Positions 1-15,440 of a stretch of DNA of 64,000 bases are shown here, piece by piece. This DNA comes from Octopus vulgaris (lineage: Eukaryota), in contig OX597814.1 in the NCBI GenBank assembly GCA_951406725.2, positions 58,466,001 to 58,530,000 on the forward strand, read 5' to 3'. The notes under the pieces were generated by a model. That model was not told the DNA's origin, searched no databases, and saw nothing but the letters and a program-made list of their open reading frames with translations. The translations under genes were made by a program, and so were the position numbers. The stretch's first letter is position 1, and each line of letters starts with the position of its first letter.

Positions 1-1003
1 TCTCTAGTTCAGCTACGGCTGAGGATGTGAACAATCTCTCAAACTTTAGATATCCCACGCACTAGGTAATCGTACATATTTCATATTCCTTTATATGGTG
101 TATTTCGTTTAATTTCACTCGATATAACGATCGCGCCGATGTTGTGTCGGTGGATGTGTTTATATCTATTTGCGCTAAGATACATACATAGTTACACATA
201 TTCATATGCATACACGTGTGCACTCAGCCAGTCAGTCACTCACTCACTCACAGACACACACACGTACACCCAAACACACATATACACTGACATATGAACG
301 CAAGCGTGTACACACACATGCACGTGAACACACACACACGCACATATATCGATATGTTCTGGCAATCAACACTCTGCCGGTAATTAGATGAACCCATATA
401 AACTGTACTTGACGATAAAAATGCTGGGTAGGTAAATAACTTTTAGATCTTTTGGGAAACGAAAGCCAACTCTTGTCAAGGGAGTCAAATTTCTCCCAAA
501 GGGGAATATATTCATGGCAGAATTTATGTATCTTTCACATGTTTAAGTAAATGCATATCAGTGAAGTATATTTCCATATAAACCATCTGTGTCAATCTGA
601 ATGCCTTTTGGTAGGGTAAATGCTTCGAAAAGTATAAATTTGAATTTGATGTATTGGCAATTCATCATGTCCACCAACATAAATATAATACTTCCCTATC
701 GTCGCCTCTAATCAGAAGTCGTAAATTACTGTGGAGAAACTGAGATTTTACGTCTGCCTATTTTCTTATGAATTGTTGTAACACTCAGAGTTTTAGGATT
801 CTTTTTATCATACTGGAACGTTCTTTGACATTCCGAGGGTTAATTAATTATTGTGAGTTACTACATCTTGTAAAAGAAAATAAAAGTCGGTGTGCATGAT
901 GATCATATTAAAAGCGAGTCGAAGGCCAGCGCGATTCACATTTGCAACGGAGGAATTAAAAAATATGCAATCTACCATAAACATGGACAGGACAACCTAC
1001 CAG

Positions 1004-1504
1004 ATCCATTACGGCTTTCTGGGAGGCAATCAGAGCATTACAGCAGAGGTTTACTGCAGTCAACTCGCTGAAATCCATCCTCACTCCAAATTTGAGACCT
1101 GCATTCGTGAATCGTGGCCTAATTCTGTTCCACAAAAATGCCAAGTCACTCGTTGCAAGAATAACGCTGCAGAAACTCAGAGACTTGGGATACAAGACTT
1201 ACCTGCATCCTCCATATTCTCTTGATCTTTCACCCACTGACTACCGTTTATTAAGCATTTTGACTCGTTTTTAAGTGATAAAACTTTCAGGTCCAAACCA
1301 GAGGTGGAATCAGCTTTCAAAGATTTCTTAGCATCAAACCCAATAAGTTTTTATTAACGAGGCAAAAATAATCTCGTTGACCAATAGCAGAGATGCATAG
1401 ATGTTCACGGCTCATAATTTGACTAATCAAAACATTTCTATTATTAATATTTCCAGAATAAAATTATGTTTCTGAAATCGGTCATTATTTTCGGATTAAC
1501 CTAA
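1004..1504 (+). mobile_element. Decayed mariner (Tc1/mariner, DD34D-type) transposon 3' half with right terminal inverted repeat
   Basis: Frameshifted translation IHYGFL..QSITAEVYCSQL / RPAFVNRGLILFHKNAK..HPPYSLDLSPTDYRL / FLSDKTF..EVESAFKDFLAS..QRCIDVHGS*FD* matches the mariner HDNA and YSPDLAPSD motifs and C-terminus. A TIR-like end (cggtcattattttcggattaacctaa) lies at 1479-1504. Confidence 0.88.
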
Positions 1505-1894
1505 AGATAAAAATGACAAGTATATAACAAAGATAAAGTTTTAAAATACGTTTTCTTCTAAACCGTATCAGTACCGCTTGCTAAAGATTTCAAACACCAA
1601 TAGAGAATTTCTACAGAAATAGTTCATTTCCTAGATATCCATTAATTTGCCGTGATTGTGTATTTGAAACTAAATAAATATGACTAAACATGATATTTCT
1701 ACACGCATTGCTTATTTGGATATGTTCGACTCATATATATATAATACAAAAATCATCCCTCTCTTTCTTTCTCTCTTTCTCTCCCTCTCTCTCTCTTTCC
1801 TAGTCTCCTTCTCTCATATATACGTGTGTGAGTGCGGATGTAAATGCGCGCGTCTATATATATATGTATGTGTACGTGTATATACACACAAACA

Positions 1895-2009
1895 TTCATA
1901 CATACATACGTACATACATAGATACATACATACATACACACATACATACATACATACATACATATATACATGCATACATGCATACATGCATACATACATA
2001 CATACATAA

Positions 2010-2056
<47 letters not shown>
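1895..2056. repeat. (TACA)n/(TA)n microsatellite
   Basis: Directly visible simple repeat. Confidence 0.95.
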
Positions 2057-2061
<5 letters not shown>

Positions 2062-4404
2062 CAAATAAGAAAATGGAGAAAAAATTTAGTTGGTTCATCA
2101 GCTTTAGGATATTAGAATGTTGACTTATTTATTTATTCAACAAAAACGAGAACCTTAATAACGTACATATATACATTAAAATTCAATACATATAAGATAA
2201 GAATTAAATTATAAAATCTTAATAAATTATTGAAATCATTAAAATCACTCTTACAATGTTGTGGGCATTTAAAAGTGGGGTAGTTATATATAACCATAGG
2301 CTTCGTCAGAGATTATAAAGAACTTTCAAAATATAGATCTATTTAATACAATAAGTAAGTTCATTAACACTTATGTATTAATAATTTGGGTATTATACCA
2401 ACAATATATTGGATAAATATTATCCCTTAGTGAGTTGGATCCACTACCCCTATCTTACTTGGTGTTATATATATATATAGTTATTGTATATTCTAAGAAC
2501 GTAGCAGAGTAAATTATAAAGCTCGTTCACCTTCAGATTTCTCCCTGTGCTATCCATTACTAGTATTATATATACTTCCATGCTTGCGTTTGTGTATCTC
2601 TTGTGTGTGAATAGATAATTGAAACAAACAAGGAGTACAGTTGGACATTTATTTTTCAATCACTACAATTGTTTCTATGCACCGTGGTTCTCCAGGCGTG
2701 TAGGTTCTTGATTATTCAACCCCTTCCCCCATAATGCAGGGAAACGGTTGCGTAGTCAAGTACCTGCCCGACTGGTGAACTACGTTGCGTAGAAACAACT
2801 GTAGTAATTTAAATTCAATATCCAACTGTACTCTATCTTGTTGACTCCAATGTTTTTCAATTATATATATACTAGGGAAGGAAGTCATAACAGCAGTATG
2901 TATTTAGAAATGTGTAAATGGACTTGATAGATACTCGGTAGTGTCTTAGAGATATCACATTATTGTTGGTTGTACCGCATGCTATTGCAGTCATGTGGCA
3001 TGTGTTTGCGACTAAGTGACATGTGATGAAGATTCACCCCTGAACTGAAATAGGCTCCAGCCTCTGCATCATGTATGGTTATGTGGACCAATTCTAGCGA
3101 AAGCCAGAGATTTCTTCGACCACTGCATAAAAAGTATTAAGAAGGAATGTTATTTAGAGATACTTGTATTTTAGTTGTTTACACTATTTTATGCTTGTTT
3201 AAACTCTTATACATTCAAGTTAACAAATTTCCTTATTTAAATTATGTATCATATTTCTTTCGATAATATCAGTATGATTACGGAATTGCTTTGTAGAAAA
3301 TAGTTTCTGTTTGGTCGACATTAATTTTCAAATTACTGGCGTCCGTTGCTCTACTCATAGCGTAAACATCGGAGCGGTTAAAAATACACCTACACGATCT
3401 AAAGTGTGGCCCTGTGCCTTGTTTGCTGTGAATGCGCGAGTGTAATCGTTAGGGCTGAAAAATATCTAACTAATACATAGCTCTCACTGTTCTATGCGAA
3501 TAATGTCTAGATGTTCTGGTACCATAGGTTTTTTTGGTTAACAAAATTGAAATGTAAACAACAGCATTTTCAATTAGCCCTTTCGAATCCTTCTCGAGAT
3601 TGACGGACTTCAACAACCACTAAGTAATCACACACACTATATACTGACACAATATCCATTTTATTTTCGCTATTAAGCGTCCTCGTGACCCACTTCGTAT
3701 CTATGATGGGGCCACGAACTATACGAAGAAATCCAGAGGTACACGTGGTCGGTGAATTTTTAATAAAAATGCGAAGATGATGTATCAATTCAGATATCCA
3801 CGAAATAATGATACTTTCTGACTGTTTATTACTAAAAACCTTCCTTGCGACCGTTTTTGTAAAAACTATTGATCCAACAGTCTAACTATGAAGAGGGATA
3901 TAACACCCATTATAGTAATATATATATATATATACAGTGAAAGAAAGAAAAAAGAAGAGGACAGGTAGAATCATTCAACCACGAGAAGTGGTTGAATATA
4001 TTCTTAAGTCCACCATTTCGTCAATCGCAGCAGATTCCAAGCTTCATCACTAATTCAGTTCTCAACTAAATTGCAAATAGTTTTAAAAGAGACATCTCCT
4101 CAGCTACACTTTGGCATAAATAGTTTGAGATTTGCTTCAGTAGAAAAGAAGTTACATCAAAATAAGTCAGACCTCAAGGTGGGCAGTAAGGTAAATATTC
4201 ATATAAAATTAACATAAATTTTTGAATTTGAAAATATAAGTGAGAAATTAAGAATCGTTAGTCGCATTCAACAAAAATTAGTAAAAAAATAGTTATGAGG
4301 TAAAGTGTCACGAAATTTAATGTCAGTAAGTGAGGAAGTAAGAAGAAACGCCCCAAGCATAAGAATAAAGAAAATATTTCTAAAATGAATGTTTACATTT
4401 TAAT

Positions 4405-4876
4405 GCGACGGGCGTCAGAAACGTTACCGCGCCGGGCTAAATTATTAGCGGTATTTCATCTGCCGCTACGTTCTGAGTTCAAATTCCGCAAGGTCAACTT
4501 TGCCTTTCATCCTTTCGAGGTCGATTAAATAAGTCCCAGTTACGCACTGGGGTCGATATATTCGACTTAATCCGTTTGTCCTTGTTTGTCCTCTCTGTGT
4601 TTAGCCCCTCGTGGGTAATAAAGAAATAGGTATTTCGTCTGGCGCTATGTTCTGAGTTCAAATTCCACCGAGGTCAACTTTGCCTTTCATCCTTTCGGGG
4701 TCGATTAAATAAGTACCAGTTACGCACAGGGGTCGATTTAATCGACTTAATCTGTTTGTCTGACCTTGTTTGTCTCCTCTGTGTGTAGCCCCTTGTGGGC
4801 AGTAAAGAAATAGGTATTTCGTCTGCCTTTACATTTTGAGTTCAAATTTCGCCTTTGCTTTTTATCCATTTCGGAT
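4405..4876 (+). mobile_element. tRNA-derived SINE (family A) with head-to-tail duplicated body
   Basis: Units start with ggtatttc at 4450, 4629 and 4813. Each carries the B-box-like gagttcaaatt followed by a ttcgcc/tttgcctt..atcc.ttcg segment; the third unit is truncated. Confidence 0.85.
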
Positions 4877-5007
4877 CTATACAATGTGACGTACGGATTA
4901 TTTAAGTAATTTTTAAACTAAAAACTTTGAAACTTCCGGTACTGGTAGAATGTGTCACATAGAACAGGGTTTACTCTTAACGTTTCTGAGAAAATTTTGT
5001 ATTTTGT

Positions 5008-5058
5008 CAGTCTTTAGGTTCTGAGTTCAAACTCCGCCAAGGTCGACTTTGCCTTTCG
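5008..5058 (+). mobile_element. SINE family A fragment
   Basis: ttctgagttcaaactccgccaaggtcgactttgcctttc matches the units at 4450-4876. Confidence 0.8.
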
Positions 5059-5224
5059 TGAGAATTTGCAGAGTGACAATGGACAAATTTCTGTTTGATA
5101 AGTGCCAATACACGAAACTCTCAGTTTTGACTTACTATCTAACTTCAGCCGATGATATATATTCATATTACATATTTGTGTAAAAAATCTCATCACGCAA
5201 TCGAACCAATGAAAAAGCCTCTGC

Positions 5225-5392
5225 CTGGTCGCTCGACACGCTAAAAATAGCAGCCAATGTTTCCCCCTACCTAAATCACACGCCCATTGTATGTAATGTC
5301 CTTGATTATCCCTAAAAAGACGGTTTCCTGGAATGCCTTTGGTGATAGGTGTGCTGTATGAGGGTTGATTTGAGACTAAATAACAACAACAT
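5225..5392 (+). mobile_element. SINE-like 3' fragment (family D) ending in (CAA)n
   Basis: gctcgacacgctaaaaatagcagccaa resembles cgacctgctagaaatagcagtcaa at ~8048. The fragment ends in taaataacaacaac. Confidence 0.55.
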
Positions 5393-5830
5393 TACGGTAA
5401 ATTTGTATATTAACACCCGCACGACTAAGAAGAAAAAAGATTTTTTGCGAGCAATCACGTGTCCTGACCTCCTAATATGCTGCGAATCCCCACAATCCCG
5501 GAATCATTGGGATTTTTTTCGTCGAATGAATTCCTGTGACCTCTTAATGTTGCAAAATTAGGTTACTTAAGGTTAGCCTGGTAACTGATGGTTTTGGGGT
5601 CTTGTTGTTTGTAACTTTTGGCGAGCTATGGTGTAACCAACAACATGGTAAAAATCCCTGCCGTGAATTTGGTGTGGATGGGTAATATCAAATAATTCAA
5701 TCACAACATATATTTTAATTGAACATGAAATAATTGAAATATCTTTCCGTATTTTATAAGGTAAAATCTAAAATTATTAATTGACACATTATTAATTATC
5801 TTATAACAGCAATGCCTTGAAAAATCATGC

Positions 5831-6349
5831 ATTACATTGAAAAATGCGAGCAGGAAAAATAATGTTCTTACGATTATAAACCTAGAAAAGTACAGGACAG
5901 GTTATTACACCTGTAAAAGAATAGGACATGCTATTACTTCTAGTAAAGTAAAGAATAAGAAACTTCTTAATTAAAATATTGCAGCTAAAATTAAAATTTG
6001 AATATTGAAACATATCTTATTATAGTTTACAAATAACACTATTCTAATTTAAGTAGAATTTGGCTAATTTACTACCTTAAATACAGAAAAAAATGACTAA
6101 TTAGACAAACTTACAAATTAGCTGAACCATTTTGTACAATAAATTTAAAAGATGAGAACTGCAACGAGTGATAAATTAGAACTGGCATTCTTTGCTGCAA
6201 TATTTTAAGTAAAAAAGTTTCTTCTTCTCTACTTTACTAGAAGTAATAGCATGCCCTATACTTTTACTGGCGTATTAACTTGTCCTGTAGTTTTCCAGGT
6301 TTAACATCTTTAGTATATTACTTTTCATGCTAGCATTTTTCCATGTAAT
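5831..6349. repeat. Long imperfect inverted repeat (foldback/MITE-like), arms 5831-5985 and 6194-6349
   Basis: The left arm contains catgctattacttctagtaaagta and the right arm contains its reverse complement tactttactagaagtaatagcatg. The alignment extends ~155 bp around a ~208-bp spacer. Confidence 0.9.
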
Positions 6350-7770
6350 TATAAATGTGTATACATAGTTTAACATAATTGGATGTTGTGTGAATTCTTA
6401 TTCAAGTAAAAGACTTTTTTAATTTTTCATTTCTGTATTTGTTATTGGTGCTCGTAAATTCACTACGTATTCTTTGTCCTTGTTTATTCCAAGTTTTCCG
6501 TCTATCTTTTGACTGTATACATCACAAGTAAAACTCCATTTAAGGTAGAGTGCTAGTCTAGTATTCGTGCCGACAGAAACGGCAATACACAACCTCCAAA
6601 TCTGAGGTTTTCTATCCATTTAAGAATCAATATACATCTTTCAATATTTGTATACGATTATTTATCTATAGTATAAAATGCAATTCATATGGGAAATGCT
6701 TCTATGATTTGAATCCCACAGAGCTATTATGTGCCGTTCATACTCACAAACACAATAGTCATATTGCAGCATTTTCCCAATATGATCCCGTAATTGATTC
6801 AATAAAATACGTACTGTTCCTTCACTGCATCGCAAATCAAATACTAGTCACTTCATCTCCTAGTAATTTATCCACAATGCAACTAGTCAGAAAATTCAGT
6901 TCATACTAATGTAAAAATCGTCGTCCATCTGAGTTCAGTTCAATTTTCTCTTACTAAATTTCGCTCAAAATTCTTTGAACTACTTGTGACTCCAGTTGAA
7001 GTTGCTTGCCTGAAACGTACTTGCGAATTGACATTCTGAAACATGCAGGGATACTGCAGTGTAAGATATTTTGGTGTCATATTATTTATTAGTAAATTTG
7101 TAGAGCGTAGGACAAAAATGACTTTTGATATTCGTTGGGGCTCTTGGGCTCTGAATTTCAATCCACTGATGTCAACTCAGTGTCACATTATTTTGTAGTC
7201 GAGAAAAAAAGAAGTATTTGTCCAGATTGATTGACAAAATTTTTAGAGTGTCGGATGCGATTTGTGTGGTATTGCGTTTTGAATTGTTGGTTGGTGCACT
7301 AGTCTTAGGAGTAGGCACACGTCGGTTTCGAGAGACCATGAATCTGCACCTGGAGAATTTGTGTTAGCTGGCACACATCACCAAGTTTAACAGCGCCTTC
7401 TGATACTTGTGTACTTTTAGTAATTGCCGCTTAGTTGCAGACAAGCATTCGAAGCAGAAATTCAGTTTGAAAATAACGTCTAGTGTTAAGGAACATGAAT
7501 AAATGAAAGGTCATAGGTGATCTCGTTCTCTTCTTGTCTATGCTGTAAAATAAAGAATTACTTGCTTAGAAAAAAATTGTCAGCTCAAAGCTATACCGGC
7601 GTCAAAGGAACTTCTTAACTGTTCATCCTTACCACAACACCTCTACTGACGTTCTGTTTTTAAATACAGCCGCGTTCGGTTTTGTCTTACATCCTTTTGA
7701 GGATGTAAGTAACAATGATGTAAGTAACAATAATTGTCTATTGAGTGAGATGCATAAATAGAGAGATTAA

Positions 7771-7778
7771 GGGAGAGA

Positions 7779-7840
<62 letters not shown>
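7771..7840. repeat. (GA)n microsatellite
   Basis: Directly visible. Confidence 0.95.
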
Positions 7841-7842
<2 letters not shown>

Positions 7843-8044
7843 TGACGAGAGTAGAAGAGAGAATACTGAATCTGAGAAAATGAAGAAAAGAAGAGAATCG
7901 CTGAGGGTTTAATGTCAGATTTGACAATAATGGTCTAATATTGGCACACGATCAAAACCTTCTGCCAGAAGAAATATACTATTAAATCGGTCATTGTATT
8001 TCACTGTTACTTATATAGAACAAAAGAGGATTCACCACAAAGTT

Positions 8045-8250
8045 AAGCGACCTGCTAGAAATAGCAGTCAAATCTTCGGCAAATCATGGCAGTGCAACAA
8101 CATCTATTTATTTTGGGTTTTCTTTTCAGGGCATATACATTTAGAAAATTGTGATAAGCACACTGTATCTGAGCACATGATGGGACGGGTACGTCTGCAA
8201 GGCTAGTATTCCTAGATCGAAAATGGGAAGCTGGGTCTAATAAAAACACA
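8045..8250 (+). mobile_element. SINE-like fragment (family D)
   Basis: Shares cgacctgctagaaatagcag.caaat with the copy at 5225-5392. Confidence 0.5.
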
Positions 8251-8384
8251 AATCACAAAAGTCTAGCGAAATTCTATCAATATTGCTGCTATCACAATGC
8301 AATATATGAGAAAGTGGAAGATAAAGGAAGAAAGGTGCCATTAGGTGGATACATATATACATACATACATTCATTACATCCATT

Positions 8385-8427
<43 letters not shown>

Positions 8428-8430
<3 letters not shown>

Positions 8431-8614
8431 CGTGACCGACCAGGATATCAGATGTTGCTACACATCGCTGGTCACAATGAGCTTCGCATTGTTTTTTTAG
8501 CCAGCAAATGACACCACACCGCTGGCTAAGCGAGCAGGCCAACAGAAGAAAGAGTGAGAGAAAGTTGTAACGAAAGAGTACAGCAGGGATCACCCCCACC
8601 ACTGTCAGAAACTC
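8428..8614 (-). mobile_element. SINE family B 3' body and tail, embedded in a (TA)n tract
   Basis: The reverse complement ggtgatccctgctgtactctttc matches the body of the SINE at 18176. It continues to gtgaccagcgatgtgtagcaacatctgat..ggtcggtcacggtg and has TA runs on both sides. Confidence 0.8.
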
Positions 8615-8618
8615 TCTG

Positions 8619-8650
<32 letters not shown>

Positions 8651-9154
8651 GATATACAAATAAATAACACATTATATGAAGTACAAAATGACAAGATAGG
8701 AACAGCCAGTTAAATCGGACAGAAAAAGAACAAGATAAATAAGTATAAATGAGGGAATGCGTTAACTTTTTCAAGTTTATCTATGAAGGAAAGCGGGAAG
8801 GAAAAACTAATTAGTATTGAAAGGAAAAATTCGTTTCACTCTCTAACTCCAAATAAGGAGAAAGTGAGAGGAACATTGCTGAGAATCAGATTGATAGAAA
8901 TTGTGATATAGAAATAGAGGGAATATGAGCAAGGAAGACGTGATTGAAAAGTAGAGATACCATGTAATATTCTACAGGTACAAAATGTGAAGGGAGAAAT
9001 AACAATAGAAGGTAGAACTAGATAAAATGTCAGATGTTGCAGCAGAATGAATAATTGAGAGGAGGAAACGATAAGGATGGGGACAGGGGAAGAAAGGAAT
9101 GAAGAATAGCATAGAAACAAATGGGAAGTGGCATTAGGAAGTGACAGGTAAATT

Positions 9155-10900
<1,746 letters not shown>

Positions 10901-12571
10901 CTCTCTGTATAGCTATCATTTTCTTTCTGTAATTTTTTATACGATTCTGTATGTCTCCACATTTCCCTATCACAATCGCCCCGATATTTTCCGTCTCTAT
11001 TTCTCATCCTGTGTTATCTTCTCTCTCACCTACTTCTTTCCTCCTATCTCGCTCTCATTATTTTCTCTCTATCATTGTCAACTCACCCTTCTATATTCTT
11101 TCCATTCTCACTAACCCAAAACTCTCCTTCAACTGCGTGCTTTCTGACAACATAAAACTATTCAACCTACACATGTTCTGAACCCCTCCCTTCTCGTTCA
11201 TTCAATCTTTGTGTTTTCGACTTCAAACTGAAAACTATATGCAACATGTCTTTCTGCCTTCTTTTCTTTCACATTCTCTTGTGGTGTTTCTCTCCCACTT
11301 TCTCTCCTTCTTTGTATCTCTCTTCCTTTCTTTCCCCCTTTATCTCTCTCTCTTCTCTCGTTTCAATTTTCCGTTCATCTATCGCTTCTTTTTTCTTTCT
11401 TTCCCTTGTTTCTTTCTTCGTTTTTCATTCATTCATGTTTTAATTCCGTTCTGTGTATGTATGTATGTACCTTTCTTTCTTTCATTCTTTCTTCCTCCTT
11501 TTCTTCCAGTATTTATTAATTTCTCCCTTCTGTTCCAACTCTTATCGTCCACTCTTTCAACTTCCTCTTCAACCTAATCGCTCTCACTTTCTTTTTTATT
11601 GTTTAGTCCCCTCGCTCTTCCCTAGATTAAGTTATGTCTAACCTTCACCTGTAATCCCCACCCCCACTTTGTCTCTTTTTTACCTCCTCTTCACCTTGCA
11701 TATTATATGTATTATCAATGAGCGAGTGGGTATATGTGCGTGTTTGCATGTGTATATACGTGTATGAACGAGTGAGAAAGAGAGACAGAGTGAGAGTATA
11801 TGGGTGTGCCTGCATGTGTGTGAGTGTGTGCCTGCATGTGTGTGTGAGTGTGTGTGTGTGAGTGTGTGTGTGTGTGAGAGAGAGAGAAAGACTGAGAGAG
11901 ATAGTATGTGTGTGTGTGTGTGTATGTGTGTATGTTAAAATATACCTAGCGATCACATGGCTAAAATAGGCGGTGGGTTTAGGTATATGTTTATGTGGGT
12001 GAATGTATGTGTAAGCGAGAGTGAGCGAGAGAAAGAGGGGAGGGAGGGGACGAAAAAGAAAAAGAAAGTAAGAAAGAAACAAAAACAAGATAGAGATAAT
12101 AAATAAAGTGAAAAAAGCAATTAAAATAAGAATAATAGCAATGATAAATTATGTTTTGACAATAATTACCGAAAATAATAATAATTACTAAAAGGTATAA
12201 CTTAAAAGTTTTTTTTTTAAAATTGAATAATCGATCGATAATTTTATGATTATAATGATTGACTCACTGACAAATAGACTATCCACTAATTTGAATGACA
12301 GACTGACACTGACTAAATCGACTTACTAAATCAACGAATAACAGAAAGAGAGAAAGAGAGAAAGAGAGAAAGAGAGACGGTGTTAACAAGCGGACAGATA
12401 AAGTAAGCCGAGTAAGAGAAACAAACGAATTTGTGCAATTGTTAGGTGAAAGAAAGCTTGATCGTAAAACGGACCCAGTTGTCGGTGAAACAACAAACCA
12501 AGAGAGCGAACAAGTAGGAACAGGAACTTGTCACCAACCATCAGAAAAGCTAATCGTCGTGCATAGTAAGC

Positions 12572-12633
12572 TGACGCCCCCGTAGCTTTGCCAGAAAAAG
12601 TATAAAGTAGTCGATCAGCAGTGTTGCCCAGTC
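12572..12633 (+). promoter_or_regulatory. Putative Pol II core promoter: CRE half-site, TATA box, initiator
   Basis: TGACG at 12572-12576, TATAAAG at 12601-12607 and Inr-like CCAGTC at 12628-12633. The Inr A (12630) is 29 nt after the TATA start, the canonical spacing. An AP-1 motif TGACTCA lies at 12260-12266. The region is a non-repetitive island between microsatellites. Confidence 0.65.
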
Positions 12634-12730
12634 AAAGACGTTGTGGAATTCCAGACAGTTCGTTTTCAAGCCGAAGATAACAGACACTTCTAAGAAAGCA
12701 GATCATTGGGATTTGATCCTCATTATAAAG
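12630..12730 (+). other. Putative non-coding first exon (5' UTR)
   Basis: Starts at the Inr, contains no ATG, and ends in a strong donor AAG|GTAGGT (GT at 12731). Confidence 0.6.
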
Positions 12731-12785
12731 GTAGGTTATTATTGAGTAGTTGCAAGACACTTACGGAGAGTACATCACTATCGTT

Positions 12786-12787
<2 letters not shown>

Positions 12788-12825
<38 letters not shown>

Positions 12826-12945
12826 AACATACACATATAATGTATTATATACATTTTTGTGCTTATTATTACTGATTACGAATTCGTTTCTATGTATGTA
12901 TGTATATGTACATATATATATGTATTATATATATATATATGTATG

Positions 12946-13010
<65 letters not shown>

Positions 13011-13021
13011 GTATATATATG

Positions 13022-13089
<68 letters not shown>

Positions 13090-13100
13090 CATACATACAT
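12788..13100. repeat. (TA)n/(TATG)n microsatellites
   Basis: Directly visible. Confidence 0.95.
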
Positions 13101-13555
13101 GCACACATCTTGTTCGTTTATCGAAAGTGAAAGTAAAACTAATATGCAGGTTTTTATTGTAAGGTGTAATTCCGGCACCAGGTGTGTTTAACTACGTACA
13201 GACAATTAAGTCATAGAACACAAATGGACAATATAGGGAAGTATTTTATTTAATCGACAAATTACTAAATTCCTAATAATTTATATAATATAAATGGAAT
13301 CATTTCCGGAATTTCCGAAAGTTCTTTGGACTTTGCGCCTGATTAAACGATTAGTAAAGAACTACAGAGAGAAAAGTTACATTGTTGTTCTTGATTACAC
13401 AGTATCTGCCAGTTACTTGTAAAACTTATGTTTTCTGATTCTGCAGTGCAGCAACAGTTGTGAAAGTAATTCTTGTTGTCGATGTTATTATTTGTGTCAT
13501 TCAGCTTTTGATTTTACCTTTGTGTTAATAGTTAAAGACATCGTTGTTACTCTTT

Positions 13556-13604
<49 letters not shown>

Positions 13605-15104
13605 ATATATTGTATTTTATTTCAGTAATTCCTTTTTTTTTCAAGAATTTATAGTTGCGTTGCTTTCTTCGTTAAATCTTACTTTATTGTACTTTATTAT
13701 GTGCTGAAAGATGTGATGGTTGTTCTAAGTTTTATTAAGATCATTGTACAGTTGAAGAAGTCCTTAAAGTATTCGTGTTATTTTCCACATTTATATCGTT
13801 GTTGTTGTTGCAGCTGGAATTTTGTAAAGTGTTTGTGAATTCTAAATTGTGTGACTTGTGTTTGCAATAGTTGTTAAATTCGTTAAGTTATACGCTTCTT
13901 TTTAAAACTACCGTCGATATTATAACTGTCACTATTGTTTTACTGTTATTTATTGTTCTTGTTAATATTGCTAATGCAGTTCTTACATATTTCTTAAATT
14001 TTACATTTTTATTTCTACAATTTTGGGATTGGAAAAGAAAAGAATATTTTGAAAAATATTAAATAAACCCATAAGAAATTATTTGAATAAAGTTTATTCT
14101 TTAATTTTTGCTTTGTTTTAGTTTCCCCGAAGAGTTCGTGTTTGAATTTGATGTAATATTATTTGGCAATGATTACTGTTGATATCTATAAAGTTTTATT
14201 TTCTTTTATGTACGTTGTAGGTTTAAACAAGATTTTTTTTAAGAGTGTGAAGAACAACTTGTGAATGAGAGTTGTTTGACTGTTTTAATAAAATAATGCA
14301 TGTCTGCAAATTTACACACTAATAATTCGGTAAAGAGAGAAAAAAATAATCAGAAAATTCAAAAGAAACGAGTAAAATGCCTGCCGATCAGGTCCGCGAC
14401 ACTGCTTTGCGTTTGATCGAAGTTGAATCAAGCTATTTCAAGGTGAATGCCGTAAGAAAATAGTGAAAATCACAAAATCACTTTTACCATTTCCTGCACT
14501 ATACAGAATATATTCTTAACAGAACTAAATACAAAACCAGCATTAGAAAAATATTATTTTACTCGAAATGTAGAAAATATATATGGAACATTGATTTTTA
14601 TTATCCACTTAATCACACATAAATACACATTCTTTGAAAATAAGTATAGATACATAAATACATGCTTACATGTATACTTAAACACACACGCACACAAACA
14701 TACACACACCTGCGCGCACGCACGAACGTGCATTTTTACTTTCCATTTTCTCTCTTGCTCTTTATATACTTTTTCTCTCGCCTTGATAAATCTACGAAAG
14801 CATAGTCTCTTTTTTCTCTCTCATCCTATCTACCCTCCGCTTCCTAGTTTACATTCTCTTTTTCTCACACTTTCTGTCCCTCTTCCTCCGAACCTCCCTT
14901 TCAATCTCTTAGAGTCTCTCACACGAGCTTCTAGCTTTCCGTTCTGTCCTTCATTCACTCTGTAATTGCAATTTTTTACTCTCTTCTTTCATTCACGTTT
15001 CTAAATATCATAAATATTTAGTTTACCAAACGTTCTCTCTCTCTCTATTTATTAATTAATTGCAGGCATTCAACATCTTTCAGTTTCTATCTGAGTAATC
15101 CAAT

Positions 15105-15106
<2 letters not shown>

Positions 15107-15201
<95 letters not shown>

Positions 15202-15268
15202 AAACTACCTACCTACCTACCTATCTATCAGCCTACCTACCTACCTACCTACCTACCTATCTACCTAC

Positions 15269-15323
<55 letters not shown>

Positions 15324-15383
15324 CCTATCTACCTATCTATCTATCTATCTATATATCTATCTATCTATCTATTTATCTCTCTC

Positions 15384-15417
<34 letters not shown>

Positions 15418-15440
15418 GTGTGTGTGTATGTGTGTGTGTA
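15107..15440. repeat. (CTAT)n/(CTAC)n/(CT)n/(TA)n compound microsatellite
   Basis: Directly visible. Confidence 0.95.

Noticed and set aside
890-1274. ORFs 890-1225 and 1092-1274 as a functional transposase or SETMAR-like gene
   Set aside because: The sequence is frameshifted, has in-frame stops, has the catalytic HDNA changed to HKNA, and lacks the 5' half. It is a dead mariner.
3570-3910. Possible Gypsy integrase tail (RPRDPLRIYDG) and polypurine tract
   Set aside because: The resemblance rests on a few residues, and no LTR pair or other domain is readable.
6900-7500. Minus-strand LNFCFECLS resembling a Bel/Pao gag zinc knuckle
   Set aside because: It is a single short motif with no supporting frame.
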